From assembly GCA_001771585.1 (NCBI GenBank), contig MEUE01000001.1:681984-745983 (forward strand): a stretch of 64,000 nt of DNA. Reading direction: 5' to 3'. Shown here one piece after another: positions 28,882-38,076 of the stretch. The notes under the pieces were generated by a model, which saw nothing but the letters and a program-made list of their open reading frames with translations, was not told the origin of the DNA and did not search any database. The stretch's first letter is position 1, and the number at the start of each line of letters is the position of its first letter. Both the position numbers and the translations under genes were made by a program. The DNA is from a candidate division WOR-1 bacterium RIFOXYB2_FULL_46_45. GTDB lineage: Bacteria > Margulisbacteria > WOR-1 > XYC2-FULL-46-14.

Positions 28882-31566
28882 ATGTTAAAAATTGCTACTG
28901 AATTTTATGCCGAATCGGCCGTTGAAGCCGTTTCCTTGCTGGAAACCGATTCGGAAAAAGGCTTAACCGCGGAAGAAGTCAAACGGCGGCTGGAAGAATA
29001 TGGCCGGAACCTGATTACTCCGGCTAAAAATAAGCCGGCCTGGTTAAGATTTATTTCGCAATTTAGCCAGCCTTTGGTCTATATCCTGGTAATAACTTCT
29101 CTAATTACTCTTTTTCTAAACGAAAGACTGGAGTCCGCGGTAATCTTTGGAGTGGTTTTAATTAATGCTTTTGTTGGTTATGTACAAGAAGCAAAGGCTC
29201 TCCAGGCGCTCGAAGCTTTGGCTAAAAGCCTAAAAATCCAGGTTCAGGTGATTAGAAACGGCCAAAAAAGACGGGTCCCCTCGGAAGAGGTTGTTCCCGG
29301 AGATATTGTTTTGGTGGCTTCCGGCGATAAGATCGCCGCCGATATGCGGCTAATTCAAGCGAAAGAACTAAGAGTGAACGAATCGACCTTGACGGGAGAA
29401 TCCTTGCCGGTGGATAAGAATGTGGCGGTTATGCCGGCGGATACGGGATTGGCGGATCGGACAAATATGCTTTACGCCTCCACGTTAGTGTCCTTTGGTT
29501 CCGGTAGAGCGGTGGTGACCGAGACCGGGGATCGTTCCGAGGTGGGGAGGATCGCTCGGCTAGTCTCCTCGGCCAGTGATTTGGATACTCCGCTGACTAA
29601 AAAGATTTCTCGCTTTAGCCAGTTACTATTATATGTAATATTTTTCCTTTCTCTTGTGGTTTTTGTGGTAGGAATTTTTCGGGGCAATTCCGCTTTGGAT
29701 ATGTTCATGGCGGCGGTCGCTTTGGCCGTATCGGCGATTCCTGAAGGGATGCCGGCCGCGGTTACAATTACTCTGGCAATCGGGGTCTCCCGCATGGCTA
29801 AGCGCAAAGCGATCATCAGAAAACTTCCGGCGGTTGAAACCCTGGGCAGTACCAGTATCATTTGTTCCGATAAGACGGGGACACTGACTGAAAATCAAAT
29901 GACCGTGCAGACGATTCTTGCCGATGATCGGGAATATCAGGTTCTTGGCAATGGCTACCAACCCGAAGGGGAAATCAGGCTAAAAGAGGAACCGGTCGCC
30001 GAGGCGCCTTTCGCGACTCCTTTGTATGAATGTCTTAAGGCCGGCTTGTTATGTAATGATAGCCAGATTGTGAAAAAGTCGTCGCTCTATGAGGCGGAAG
30101 GGGATCCAACGGAAGCGGCCTTGCTGGTAGCGGCCGGCAAAATTAAGCCTTTTTCCCAAGAACAGATTTTAGAGCCGCGCCTTGACGCGCTGCCTTTTGA
30201 ATCGGCCTTCAATTATATGGCCACCTTGCATCAAGGTGCGGAGAATAATATTGTTTATATAAAGGGATCGGTAGAAAAGATTTTATCCTGTTCCGTTAAT
30301 CAGCTTCAAACAGACGGCAGTGTAAAAGAATTACAGCCGGAGCATATTACCCAACAGGCGGAAGTGATTGCGGCCCGGGGCTTGAGAGTAATTGCTTTTG
30401 CTAAAATCAGTACTCATAAAAATAGTTTGGAGCGTGCCGATATTGCCGGAGCTACTTTTTTGGGATTACAGGGAATGATCGATCCCCCCAGAGTCGAAGC
30501 GATACGGGCAATTCAAGACTGTTATCGGGCCGGGATTGAGGTGAAGATGATCACAGGAGACCATCTCCTTACCGCCAAAGCGATTGCCAAACAGATGGGT
30601 TTTTCCTCCCGGGACAGGGAAGAGATAATGGCCGTATCCGGCAAACAGCTCGCTCAACTCAATGACGGAGAATTTGATAAGGTGGCTAAGGAGGCTGTCG
30701 TTTTTGCCCGGGTTACGCCGGAACAAAAACTACGGCTGGTCAAAGCGCTGCAAAAGCAAGGGGCGATTGTGGCCATGACCGGCGATGGAGTAAACGATGC
30801 CCCGGCGTTAAAACAGGCCGATATCGGTATTGCTATGGGGTTGGCCGGAACAGAAACCGCCAAAGAAGCGGCGGACATGATTTTGACCGATGACAACTTT
30901 GCCTCGATCCACTCTGCGGTCGAAGAAGGCCGTTGTGTCTATGACAACTTAAGAAAATTTATTTTATGGACTATCCCTACCAACCTGGCAGAATCTCTGG
31001 CGGTAATTTTTGCCGTTTTTTTAGGCACACTGCTGCCGGTCTTGCCGGTCCAGCTGTTATGGATCAATATGACTACCGCGGTATTTTTGGGAATGATGAT
31101 CGCCTTTGAGCCCAAAGAAGAGGAGACAATGTCGCGACCGCCACTAGCGCCTAATCTTCCTATCTTAACCGGGGAGATGCTGCTAAGAACCCTATATTTT
31201 GGCGGCTTATTGGCGATTGGAATGTACGGCTTATTTTATTACGAATTATCCCAGGGAGCCTCAATTCAAATGGCTCGGACAATTGCCGCCACAACTTTGA
31301 TTATGGGAGAAACCGCCTATCTGCTTAATTGCCGCTCGTTGTCCAGATCGATGTTTTCTATTGGCCTTTTTACCAACCCTTTTATTTGGGCGGGTATTTC
31401 CCTGATGATCGGCTTGCAATTGCTTTTTATTTATCAGCCGGCAATGCAGCTCTTTTTTAACTCCAGTCCTTTGGGAGTTGGCTCCTGGTCAAGGATTATT
31501 ATTCTTTGCATTGGACTCTTTGCCATAGTGGAAGCAGAAAAAAAGATTAGGAAGCTGTTTCCCTGA
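28882..31566 (+). CDS. cation-transporting P-type ATPase (type II, Ca2+/Mg2+-ATPase-like)
   Basis: ICSDKTGTLTENQMTV (phosphorylation site), MITGDHLLTAKAIA, MTGDGVNDAPALKQADIGIAMG, 10 TM segments. Confidence 0.9.
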   Translation: MLKIATEFYAESAVEAVSLLETDSEKGLTAEEVKRRLEEYGRNLITPAKNKPAWLRFISQFSQPLVYILVITSLITLFLNERLESAVIFGVVLINAFVGYVQEAKALQALEALAKSLKIQVQVIRNGQKRRVPSEEVVPGDIVLVASGDKIAADMRLIQAKELRVNESTLTGESLPVDKNVAVMPADTGLADRTNMLYASTLVSFGSGRAVVTETGDRSEVGRIARLVSSASDLDTPLTKKISRFSQLLLYVIFFLSLVVFVVGIFRGNSALDMFMAAVALAVSAIPEGMPAAVTITLAIGVSRMAKRKAIIRKLPAVETLGSTSIICSDKTGTLTENQMTVQTILADDREYQVLGNGYQPEGEIRLKEEPVAEAPFATPLYECLKAGLLCNDSQIVKKSSLYEAEGDPTEAALLVAAGKIKPFSQEQILEPRLDALPFESAFNYMATLHQGAENNIVYIKGSVEKILSCSVNQLQTDGSVKELQPEHITQQAEVIAARGLRVIAFAKISTHKNSLERADIAGATFLGLQGMIDPPRVEAIRAIQDCYRAGIEVKMITGDHLLTAKAIAKQMGFSSRDREEIMAVSGKQLAQLNDGEFDKVAKEAVVFARVTPEQKLRLVKALQKQGAIVAMTGDGVNDAPALKQADIGIAMGLAGTETAKEAADMILTDDNFASIHSAVEEGRCVYDNLRKFILWTIPTNLAESLAVIFAVFLGTLLPVLPVQLLWINMTTAVFLGMMIAFEPKEEETMSRPPLAPNLPILTGEMLLRTLYFGGLLAIGMYGLFYYELSQGASIQMARTIAATTLIMGETAYLLNCRSLSRSMFSIGLFTNPFIWAGISLMIGLQLLFIYQPAMQLFFNSSPLGVGSWSRIIILCIGLFAIVEAEKKIRKLFP

Positions 31567-32464
31567 ATCTTTCAATTCTTGGCCCTTCGGGCTCTTTCGT
31601 TTTTTTACCGATCGGCAGAACTCCGGACAAATCCCCAATCACATTCACCAGGTCGGAATCGGATGGAACGATGATCTTGGCATTGCCCTGCAAGGAGACT
31701 TCCAATGCCTGAAGCTTCCTCAACAACTGGGCGTTACCGATAAAATATTTTTCGGCCGCTTCATTGACCAGTTTTATGGCTTCGGCCTCTCCCTGCGCCT
31801 GCAGGATACGCGCCTGCCTGATCCCTTCCGCCTGTTTGATGCTGGCCCTTTTTTCCCCGTCCGCCACAGTCTCTCTGGCTGTCGCGAAATCAACGGCCGC
31901 GATTTTCTCGTTCTCCGCTTTGACGACTTTGTTCATCGTTTCTTGGACATCTTTAGGCGGGTCGATCTCTTTTAGCTCCGTCCTGACGATATCAATTCCC
32001 CAGCTGTTTGTTTCTTCCTTAAGCGTTTTATGAAGCTCCGAATTGATCTTGCCTCTTTCGCTGTTCGCGGATTTTAAAGTCAGCGTCCCGATAATGTTTC
32101 TCAAGGTCGTTCGCGCGAGATTGACTATCTGGTATTGGTAATCATTGACGTGGTATTGCGAGTTCTTGACGCTGGCCTCATCCGGGTTAACCTTAAAATA
32201 GACCTGCGCGTCGACCCGGGCGTTCAAATTGTCGTTGGTAATTATTTCCTGCGGTTCGGCATCGACCATTTGTTCCGTAATGTTTACAAAGATCAGGTTC
32301 TCAATAACCGGAAGGATCCAGTTTAACCCCGGGGACGCGAACCGATGATATTTTCCCAGCCTTTCGATCAAGCCCCTCTGTGTCGGCCTGATAACGCGTA
32401 TTCCCAGCAAACAAACGACAACCCCCGCCAAAACAATATAAGCTATAATTACCATATCATCCAT
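31547..32464 (-). CDS. SPFH/band-7 domain protein (stomatin/prohibitin/HflK-C-like)
   Basis: N-terminal TM, SPFH core (…QRGLIERLGKYHRFASPGLNWILP…), then a coiled-coil A/E/Q-rich tail. Confidence 0.85.
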   Translation of the reverse strand: MDDMVIIAYIVLAGVVVCLLGIRVIRPTQRGLIERLGKYHRFASPGLNWILPVIENLIFVNITEQMVDAEPQEIITNDNLNARVDAQVYFKVNPDEASVKNSQYHVNDYQYQIVNLARTTLRNIIGTLTLKSANSERGKINSELHKTLKEETNSWGIDIVRTELKEIDPPKDVQETMNKVVKAENEKIAAVDFATARETVADGEKRASIKQAEGIRQARILQAQGEAEAIKLVNEAAEKYFIGNAQLLRKLQALEVSLQGNAKIIVPSDSDLVNVIGDLSGVLPIGKKTKEPEGPRIERFRETAS

Positions 32465-32503
32465 CTCCTTTTTTTGCCGTTAAAAAAATCAATTGCTTCT
32501 TGC

Positions 32504-32570
32504 CCCAAGCACCCTCTACAGGTTTTCATTAAGCCGGTTGTTCTCTTGATGGAATTATAACATATAAGCC
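32504..32570 (-). pseudogene. remnant of the alpha/beta-hydrolase locus: last 8 codons + stop of a hydrolase-like gene (N-R-L-N-E-N-L-*) fused to the hydrolase 5' leader sequence (TTGATGGAATTATAACATATAAGCC)
   Basis: 32516-32539 ctacaggttttcattaagccggtt matches 26383-26406 (21/24). 32546-32570 is identical to 27674-27698. Confidence 0.5.
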
Positions 32571-32612
32571 CCAAGCCGGACTCGGACCAATTGCTGGCTT
32601 TAGGCGGGATCA

Positions 32613-32621
32613 TGCTATAAT
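32613..32621 (+). promoter_or_regulatory. extended -10 promoter element TGCTATAAT, 8 nt before the ATG at 32629 (leaderless transcript likely)
   Basis: TGnTATAAT consensus. No room for an RBS before the ATG. Confidence 0.4.
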
Positions 32622-32628
32622 ATTAAAA

Positions 32629-32970
32629 ATGGAGATAATTAACAACCAAATTACCCCGGACAAACTTAAAACCATGGCAAAAAATAGGTTCGGCAACATG
32701 GTCAAGGCGGTCGTTGATATTGAAAACAAAACCATGGCGGTTGACGCCGAGTTCCACTCCGACCTTGAAGGATTAATGCTTCAAAATAGTTCTAAAAACG
32801 AAAATTTGTGGGGAATAAATATTTATCCCGAACTGGAAGACAGCGATCGGATCGAATTTGATTCGATGATCAACCTGCGTCCGGCGCAGAATAACCGAAC
32901 CCGCGGAGTTGAGAGCCCGGAAATCCGGGGAAAAATTATTTCCATTGTAAACAAACTGGTTCAAAAATGA
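32629..32970 (+). CDS. hypothetical small protein (113 aa)
   Basis: ORF with likely leaderless start. Translationally coupled (ATGA) to the next ORF. Confidence 0.5.
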   Translation: MEIINNQITPDKLKTMAKNRFGNMVKAVVDIENKTMAVDAEFHSDLEGLMLQNSSKNENLWGINIYPELEDSDRIEFDSMINLRPAQNNRTRGVESPEIRGKIISIVNKLVQK

Positions 32971-33299
32971 GTTTTCAGCATAAAGAAGCCGCCGCCGGCC
33001 GCTGGCAAAAGATGCCGCTCTCCGAACAGATGGCAAACATCGGCTCCGAGGTTGAACGGGCGATAAACTGGAAAAATAAAAACAATAAAGAATACAGCCG
33101 AACCGCTTTTGAGCGGGCTTTGGAACTTTTGGACTTAACCCTGGCCTGTTACAAAGAATATTCCAAGTTGAAAGAGCTGGCCAGGTTAAGGGAAGTGCTG
33201 GCCGATTATTTTGCTTTTGACAACACTTATAACTCTACGGATGAAAGCCTAAAAAAATATTTCCTCGCTTTCAATTACGCCGCCAGGCTGGGGCATTGA
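32967..33299 (+). CDS. hypothetical small protein (110 aa), helical
   Basis: Overlaps the upstream stop by 4 nt (ATGA). No family recognised. Confidence 0.5.
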   Translation: MSFQHKEAAAGRWQKMPLSEQMANIGSEVERAINWKNKNNKEYSRTAFERALELLDLTLACYKEYSKLKELARLREVLADYFAFDNTYNSTDESLKKYFLAFNYAARLGH

Positions 33300-33309
33300 G
33301 AAAAAAAAG

Positions 33310-33381
33310 CTCCCCGAGCTGGACTCGAACCAGCAACAACCTGATTAACAGTCAGGTGCTCTACCATTGAGCTATCGGGGA
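33310..33381 (-). tRNA. tRNA-Asn (anticodon GUU)
   Basis: Reverse complement folds as a cloverleaf: acceptor stem TCCCCGA/TCGGGGA, D-arm GCTC-AATGGTA-GAGC, anticodon stem CCTGA/TCAGG with loop CTGTTAA (GTT), T-arm GCTGG-TTCGAGT-CCAGC, discriminator G. CCA is not encoded. A T-run follows on the minus strand. Confidence 0.9.
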
Positions 33382-33459
33382 ATGCCTCGACGATATATTA
33401 ATCCTACCAGAGAAAAAAGGGGCAGTCAATTGAACGCCGTGCTATAATTTATCCCGATT

Positions 33460-34296
33460 ATGAATAATTCTATGGTAAATCTTTTTATGCTTGCGTTTGT
33501 CCTCTCCAGCCTGTTCGGCACCGGCCTTTCTCTGACTCTTGGTGAAATAATCGCCCCGTTTAAAAAAACCAAACTGGTCTTCCTGGCGCTTTTGGGCAAC
33601 TTCTTGCTTATCCCGCTTTTGACTTATGCCCTGGCAATCTTTTTTAAGCTGGATGAGAGCTTGTTCAATGGTTTAATGCTCCTGGCATGTTGTGCGGGAG
33701 CTCCCTTTTTGCCGGCACTCGCAAATATCGCGGGCGGAAGCATTGCCTTCAGCGTCGGCCTGATGGTCCTGCTGATGCTGACAACTGTTTTTTATGCTCC
33801 AATCGTTCTTCCCCTCATAATCCCCAACGTCGCGATCAATCCGTTAAGCATTGCCTCTCCGTTAATTTTTTATATGCTCCTCCCTTTAATCGTCGGATTG
33901 ATTATTAAAGCGATTAAACCCGATCTGGCCGGTTTGATCCGCCCCTTCGCCAAGAAAATATCTTTGCTCAGCATAATTATTATGGCCGTCCTGTTCCTGT
34001 TTGCCGCTACCCCCGTTTTTATCGAAGCGTATGGCACCGGAGTTTACAATGCCATGCTTATTTTTGTTGCCGGATCGCTTCTGATCGGCTATCTTTTTAG
34101 CGGACTCAAAACCGCCGACAAATCTGTGATGGCTCTGGGGGCCGGACAGCGCAACATCATGGCCGCACTTCTTATCGCGGTAACCAATTTCTCCGATCAT
34201 AAAATTCTGGTGGTTATATTAATCGGCAGCTTGGTCGGATTTGTGGTCTTGTTTCCGGCCGCCGCCATATTTAAAAAATTACAACAACATGTTTAA
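33460..34296 (+). CDS. polytopic membrane transporter (bile acid:sodium symporter / AEC-like family)
   Basis: 8-10 TM helices. Contains …MLLACCAGAPF… reminiscent of the BASS/SBF family. Assignment is weak. Confidence 0.45.
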   Translation: MNNSMVNLFMLAFVLSSLFGTGLSLTLGEIIAPFKKTKLVFLALLGNFLLIPLLTYALAIFFKLDESLFNGLMLLACCAGAPFLPALANIAGGSIAFSVGLMVLLMLTTVFYAPIVLPLIIPNVAINPLSIASPLIFYMLLPLIVGLIIKAIKPDLAGLIRPFAKKISLLSIIIMAVLFLFAATPVFIEAYGTGVYNAMLIFVAGSLLIGYLFSGLKTADKSVMALGAGQRNIMAALLIAVTNFSDHKILVVILIGSLVGFVVLFPAAAIFKKLQQHV

Positions 34297-35842
34297 TAAA
34301 TACACGGACGCCGAAGTTTTGATCTCCAATAAGCAACTGGGTAAACCGGCGCTCAATGATCCGGTCATCCTTTCACGTTTATTTAAGCGCGTCACAAATA
34401 AAACGCTAAAGAATATCCGCCCGGACAAGCGCCTGGTTATCACCCGGCCTTTCCGTCCCGCATCCGAAACGCACGCCATAAACATCGTCAACCGCATCCT
34501 GGCGCTAAATGAAGCCGGAACCAAAGAGCTGCTTAAGCAAACACTCAAAGAGTTTGCCCACCGCCATAAAGATATTCGAACAATCTTGATGAATAATTAC
34601 CGCAAGATCGAAAGCCACATCAAAGAGCCGGCGGCGTTGTCGGAGGAAAGGAAACTCCTGCTCGGCTCTTGTTTTACGATGGAATATTCGATCGAATCGG
34701 CCGCCCTTTTTAATCCTTCAATCGTCATCTATCCCAAGCAGAATAATTTAAAGAAGGGGCAAACGCGCGTTATCCTAAGCTTCCGGGCAACCGGCGAAGG
34801 GCATATCTCCTCGATCGTTTTTCGCAGTGCCATAATCGATCGGGACAATTCAATCTTTCTGGAGTCGGTCAGTCCGTTTTTGGGCACCCCCGATATTGTC
34901 TTGAATTCGACCTACAATCGGGAACTTTTTAAGGCCAAACTGGAAGAGATGGGACAGTTAAGTGAAGCGGCCATGGCAATTTACCAACACCTGCCGACAA
35001 ACTTCACGCCGGAAGAAATGAGCGGGGCAATCAACGCCGTCCGCGACAGTAACGCCTTTACCACAGCCGACCTGGACGACACCATTATCCACATCAAGTG
35101 GCTGGCGGAATCTAATTATGAGATCTTTTTTCCGCACGGACAGTTGATCTCGGAAAGGGTTGTTTTTCCGATGTCGCAAAACGAGAGCAACGGAGTGGAA
35201 GACGCCCGTTTTGTCCGTTTTGTCGATGAGGACGGGAGCGCCACCTACTACGCAACTTACACCGCCTATAACGGCCGGGAAATCCTGCCGCAATTGATCG
35301 AAACAAAGGATTTTCACCGTTTTAAGATCTCAACCTTAAACGGACCGATGGCGCGCAATAAAGGAATGGCCCTTTTTCCGCGCAAGATCAACGGGAAGTA
35401 CGCCATGATCACCCGCAGCGACGGAGAAAACCTTTATTTGAGTTATTCCGACAACATCCATTTCTGGTTTGAAGGAGTAAAAATTGAAGCGCCGGAAAAT
35501 CCGTGGGAACTGATCCAGATCGGCAATTGCGGCTCTCCGCTTGAAACAAAAAAAGGGTGGATTTTATTGACTCACGGGGTCGGTCCGATGCGCAAATACT
35601 GCATCGGAGTTTCACTTTTGGATCTGAAAGACCCGTCAAAAACAATCGGAAGATTGGAAGAACCTTTGCTCGCGCCGCGGGAAGAGGAACGGGAGGGCTA
35701 TGTCCCCAATGTGGTTTACAGCTGCGGCTCAATAATTTTGAACGGAGAACTAATTGTCCCTTACGCTATTTCCGATTCCGAATCGCATCTGGCAAGCATT
35801 CCGGTTGACGAACTGCTTGAGAAACTTTTGAAGAAGAACTAA
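34289..35842 (+). CDS. GH130-like glycoside phosphorylase/hydrolase (beta-mannoside-active 5-bladed propeller) with ~230-aa N-terminal extension
   Basis: C-terminal 300 aa (…DARFVRFVDEDGSATYYATYTAYNG…MITRSDGENLYLSYSDN…GNCGSPLETKKGWILLTHGVG…PNVVYSCGSIILNGELIVPYA…) matches the GH130/DUF377 pattern. Start moved to MFNKY (34289). Confidence 0.65.
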   Translation: MFNKYTDAEVLISNKQLGKPALNDPVILSRLFKRVTNKTLKNIRPDKRLVITRPFRPASETHAINIVNRILALNEAGTKELLKQTLKEFAHRHKDIRTILMNNYRKIESHIKEPAALSEERKLLLGSCFTMEYSIESAALFNPSIVIYPKQNNLKKGQTRVILSFRATGEGHISSIVFRSAIIDRDNSIFLESVSPFLGTPDIVLNSTYNRELFKAKLEEMGQLSEAAMAIYQHLPTNFTPEEMSGAINAVRDSNAFTTADLDDTIIHIKWLAESNYEIFFPHGQLISERVVFPMSQNESNGVEDARFVRFVDEDGSATYYATYTAYNGREILPQLIETKDFHRFKISTLNGPMARNKGMALFPRKINGKYAMITRSDGENLYLSYSDNIHFWFEGVKIEAPENPWELIQIGNCGSPLETKKGWILLTHGVGPMRKYCIGVSLLDLKDPSKTIGRLEEPLLAPREEEREGYVPNVVYSCGSIILNGELIVPYAISDSESHLASIPVDELLEKLLKKN

Positions 35843-38076
35843 GCCGCGCCGGCAATCTCATATTCTTCGATCATCGCCAAAAGCGCAGTGAGAAAAGAGA
35901 CGGTGCTCTCTCCTCCCTGATTTAAGCTGACTCCCTCCGGCATCAAGCCGTCGGCACAGCCCTTGGTCTCGTGATCGTACAAAGACATCCCCATATCGTT
36001 ATCGCCGAGAAACCAGCCGAACGCCCGCCGCATCTTTTTTAAATATTCTTTTTCTTCGGTAACCCGATAGGCCGACTGATAGGCGAGCACCATCGCCGCC
36101 GCGTCAATCGGCTGCTGGTCAAAAGATGCTTTCTCCCCGCCCCTTTTATACCAGCCGCGGGAACCGACGATGGAAAGGCGGCCGTTTTTGGTAATGGCCT
36201 TTTCCAAAAACTCCAGCGCCTCTTTTGCAACCTTCAAATATTTTTCGTCGCGGAGAATTGAATAGGCCTGGAACAGAGCCATTGGCATAATGCCGTTATC
36301 GTAACAGATGATATCTTCAAACCAGTGCCAATCATCGGCTGAAACTTTGTCGTACAGCTCCAATAAATAATCGGCGCATTCGCGCAGTTTCGCGGTGACG
36401 CTTTCGTCTCCCTGATAACAGCGCAGATAAGAGACCAACCCCAGCATGGCCAAAGCTTTTCCGCGCAAATTCAGACCGTGGACGTGAGGCAGGGCCTTTT
36501 GAAAACATTCGTAGGCCAAAGAACGATAAGCGTTGCGCGGCGGCCTCCAGATGATATAGCCGAGCGCCCAAAGCGCCCGGCCGCAGGCATCGTCGGAGCC
36601 GGCTTCATCCAAAAAGCGGCGCTGGTAATCGATAAAGTTCCGGAAATGCCCGTTGGAATTTTGCATAAAATGGGTAAAGCTGAAATAAGTGGAAACCAGA
36701 TCCTTGGCATCTTCGTCGCGTAAAATAAAAAATGCCCAGGCGCACAGCATCAGCGCGCGGGAATTGTCGTCCAGGCAATAACCGGTATGCCGGTCGGGGA
36801 CAATATACTTGGCATGCTGGATCAGTCCGGTATCGTCGGTTAACCGCTTCAGGTGCGATAAATCAAACGACGGTTCCCGCAACAGCAGGGCCGGGTTTTT
36901 TAGAGTTAAAGCTCTTTTTGCCGCCGTTGACGCTGTTTGCTTAAATAGTTCCAGATATTTTTCGGAAACTTTTTCCCAGCGCATCTGCCGGCCGAATTTA
37001 TAGGTTTTATCGCGCAGTGACTTTAGTTTTCTTTTGTCCGACAACAAGTCGCGCAAGGACGAGGCCAAGCCCTCGCTGTCTCCAAAGTTTATCAAGCGCC
37101 CCCGCCCCTCGGCCAGGATCTCTTTGGCATACCAGTAAGGAGTGGAGAGGATGGCGTTCCCCGCCCCGATCGCGTAGGAGAGTGTTCCGCTGACAATCTG
37201 CGCCTCGTTTAAATATGGGGTGATATAAATATCGGCCGCCATCAGCCAGGCATAGAGCTCTTCCAGGCTGACAAAACGATTGTCAAAGATTACCTGTTCC
37301 TGCAATCCTAATTCTTCAACCAAAGCAACCAGCCCGGCCCGGTATTTTTCGCCGTATTCCCTAAGGACATTGGGGTGGGTTTTTCCCAAAACGACATAGA
37401 TCAATTGAGGAAACTCCCGAACCAGCTCCGGGAGAGCCTTGATGACCGTCTCAATCCCTTTGTTCGGACTGAGCAGTCCAAAGGTCAACAGCGTCTGCTT
37501 CCCTTCCACCTGAAAACGTTTTTTATAATGGCCGTTATTAAGCGCGGTAAAATCGGGAGTCCCGTGATAAAGCATCCTGATTTTTTCGGCCGGCACAGCG
37601 TAAACCTCTTTTAATAAAGTTACCGCCAGGTTACTCATCACTATAAGACAGCCGGCTCGCTTAGCCATCTCCTGAATAATTTTTTTCTGGTTGGGGGTCG
37701 GATTTTTTAGCACCGTGTGCAGAACCACCACCGCCGGCACGCTGAGATTCCCAATCAGGGATAGGATATAAATACCATCCCAGCCCCCGTAGATCCCGTA
37801 TTCGTGCTGGATACAAACGATGTCGGCATTGCTGGCATTTATAAAATTGGCCGCTTCAAAATAATCTTTCTGTTGCGTTTGCCTTATGGTGAATTCAACC
37901 CTGCGCGGATAAGCATAGCCTTTGTCCGTATCGTTTACGGCAAGCGCGAATACAAAGGAGCGGGGCGAAAGCAGCTTGGCGGTCGCTTCGCAAAGATCGG
38001 AGGTAAAAGTGGCGATACCGCAAATGCGCGGAGAATAATTCCCGACAAAGGCGACATTGAGCGTCGGCTTTAACAT
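35839..38076 (-). CDS. fusion protein: N-terminal GT4 (family 1) glycosyltransferase + C-terminal (alpha/alpha)6-barrel glycoside-hydrolase-like domain (GH63/GDB1/invertase-like)
   Basis: The N-terminal 390 aa has a GT-B layout (…LLSPNKGIETVIKAL…, …ADIYITPY…EAQIVSGTLSYAIGAGNAILSTP…). The C-terminal 350 aa is rich in W/aromatic residues, with helical-repeat acid/aromatic motifs typical of (α/α)6 glycosidases. The C-domain family is not certain. Confidence 0.6.
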   Translation of the reverse strand: MLKPTLNVAFVGNYSPRICGIATFTSDLCEATAKLLSPRSFVFALAVNDTDKGYAYPRRVEFTIRQTQQKDYFEAANFINASNADIVCIQHEYGIYGGWDGIYILSLIGNLSVPAVVVLHTVLKNPTPNQKKIIQEMAKRAGCLIVMSNLAVTLLKEVYAVPAEKIRMLYHGTPDFTALNNGHYKKRFQVEGKQTLLTFGLLSPNKGIETVIKALPELVREFPQLIYVVLGKTHPNVLREYGEKYRAGLVALVEELGLQEQVIFDNRFVSLEELYAWLMAADIYITPYLNEAQIVSGTLSYAIGAGNAILSTPYWYAKEILAEGRGRLINFGDSEGLASSLRDLLSDKRKLKSLRDKTYKFGRQMRWEKVSEKYLELFKQTASTAAKRALTLKNPALLLREPSFDLSHLKRLTDDTGLIQHAKYIVPDRHTGYCLDDNSRALMLCAWAFFILRDEDAKDLVSTYFSFTHFMQNSNGHFRNFIDYQRRFLDEAGSDDACGRALWALGYIIWRPPRNAYRSLAYECFQKALPHVHGLNLRGKALAMLGLVSYLRCYQGDESVTAKLRECADYLLELYDKVSADDWHWFEDIICYDNGIMPMALFQAYSILRDEKYLKVAKEALEFLEKAITKNGRLSIVGSRGWYKRGGEKASFDQQPIDAAAMVLAYQSAYRVTEEKEYLKKMRRAFGWFLGDNDMGMSLYDHETKGCADGLMPEGVSLNQGGESTVSFLTALLAMIEEYEIAGAA

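Noticed and set aside
33300-33460. tRNA-Asn considered as an integration site of a genomic island or prophage
   Set aside because: No integrase, excisionase or direct repeat of the tRNA 3' end is evident on either side. The neighbouring genes are a transporter and small unknowns only.
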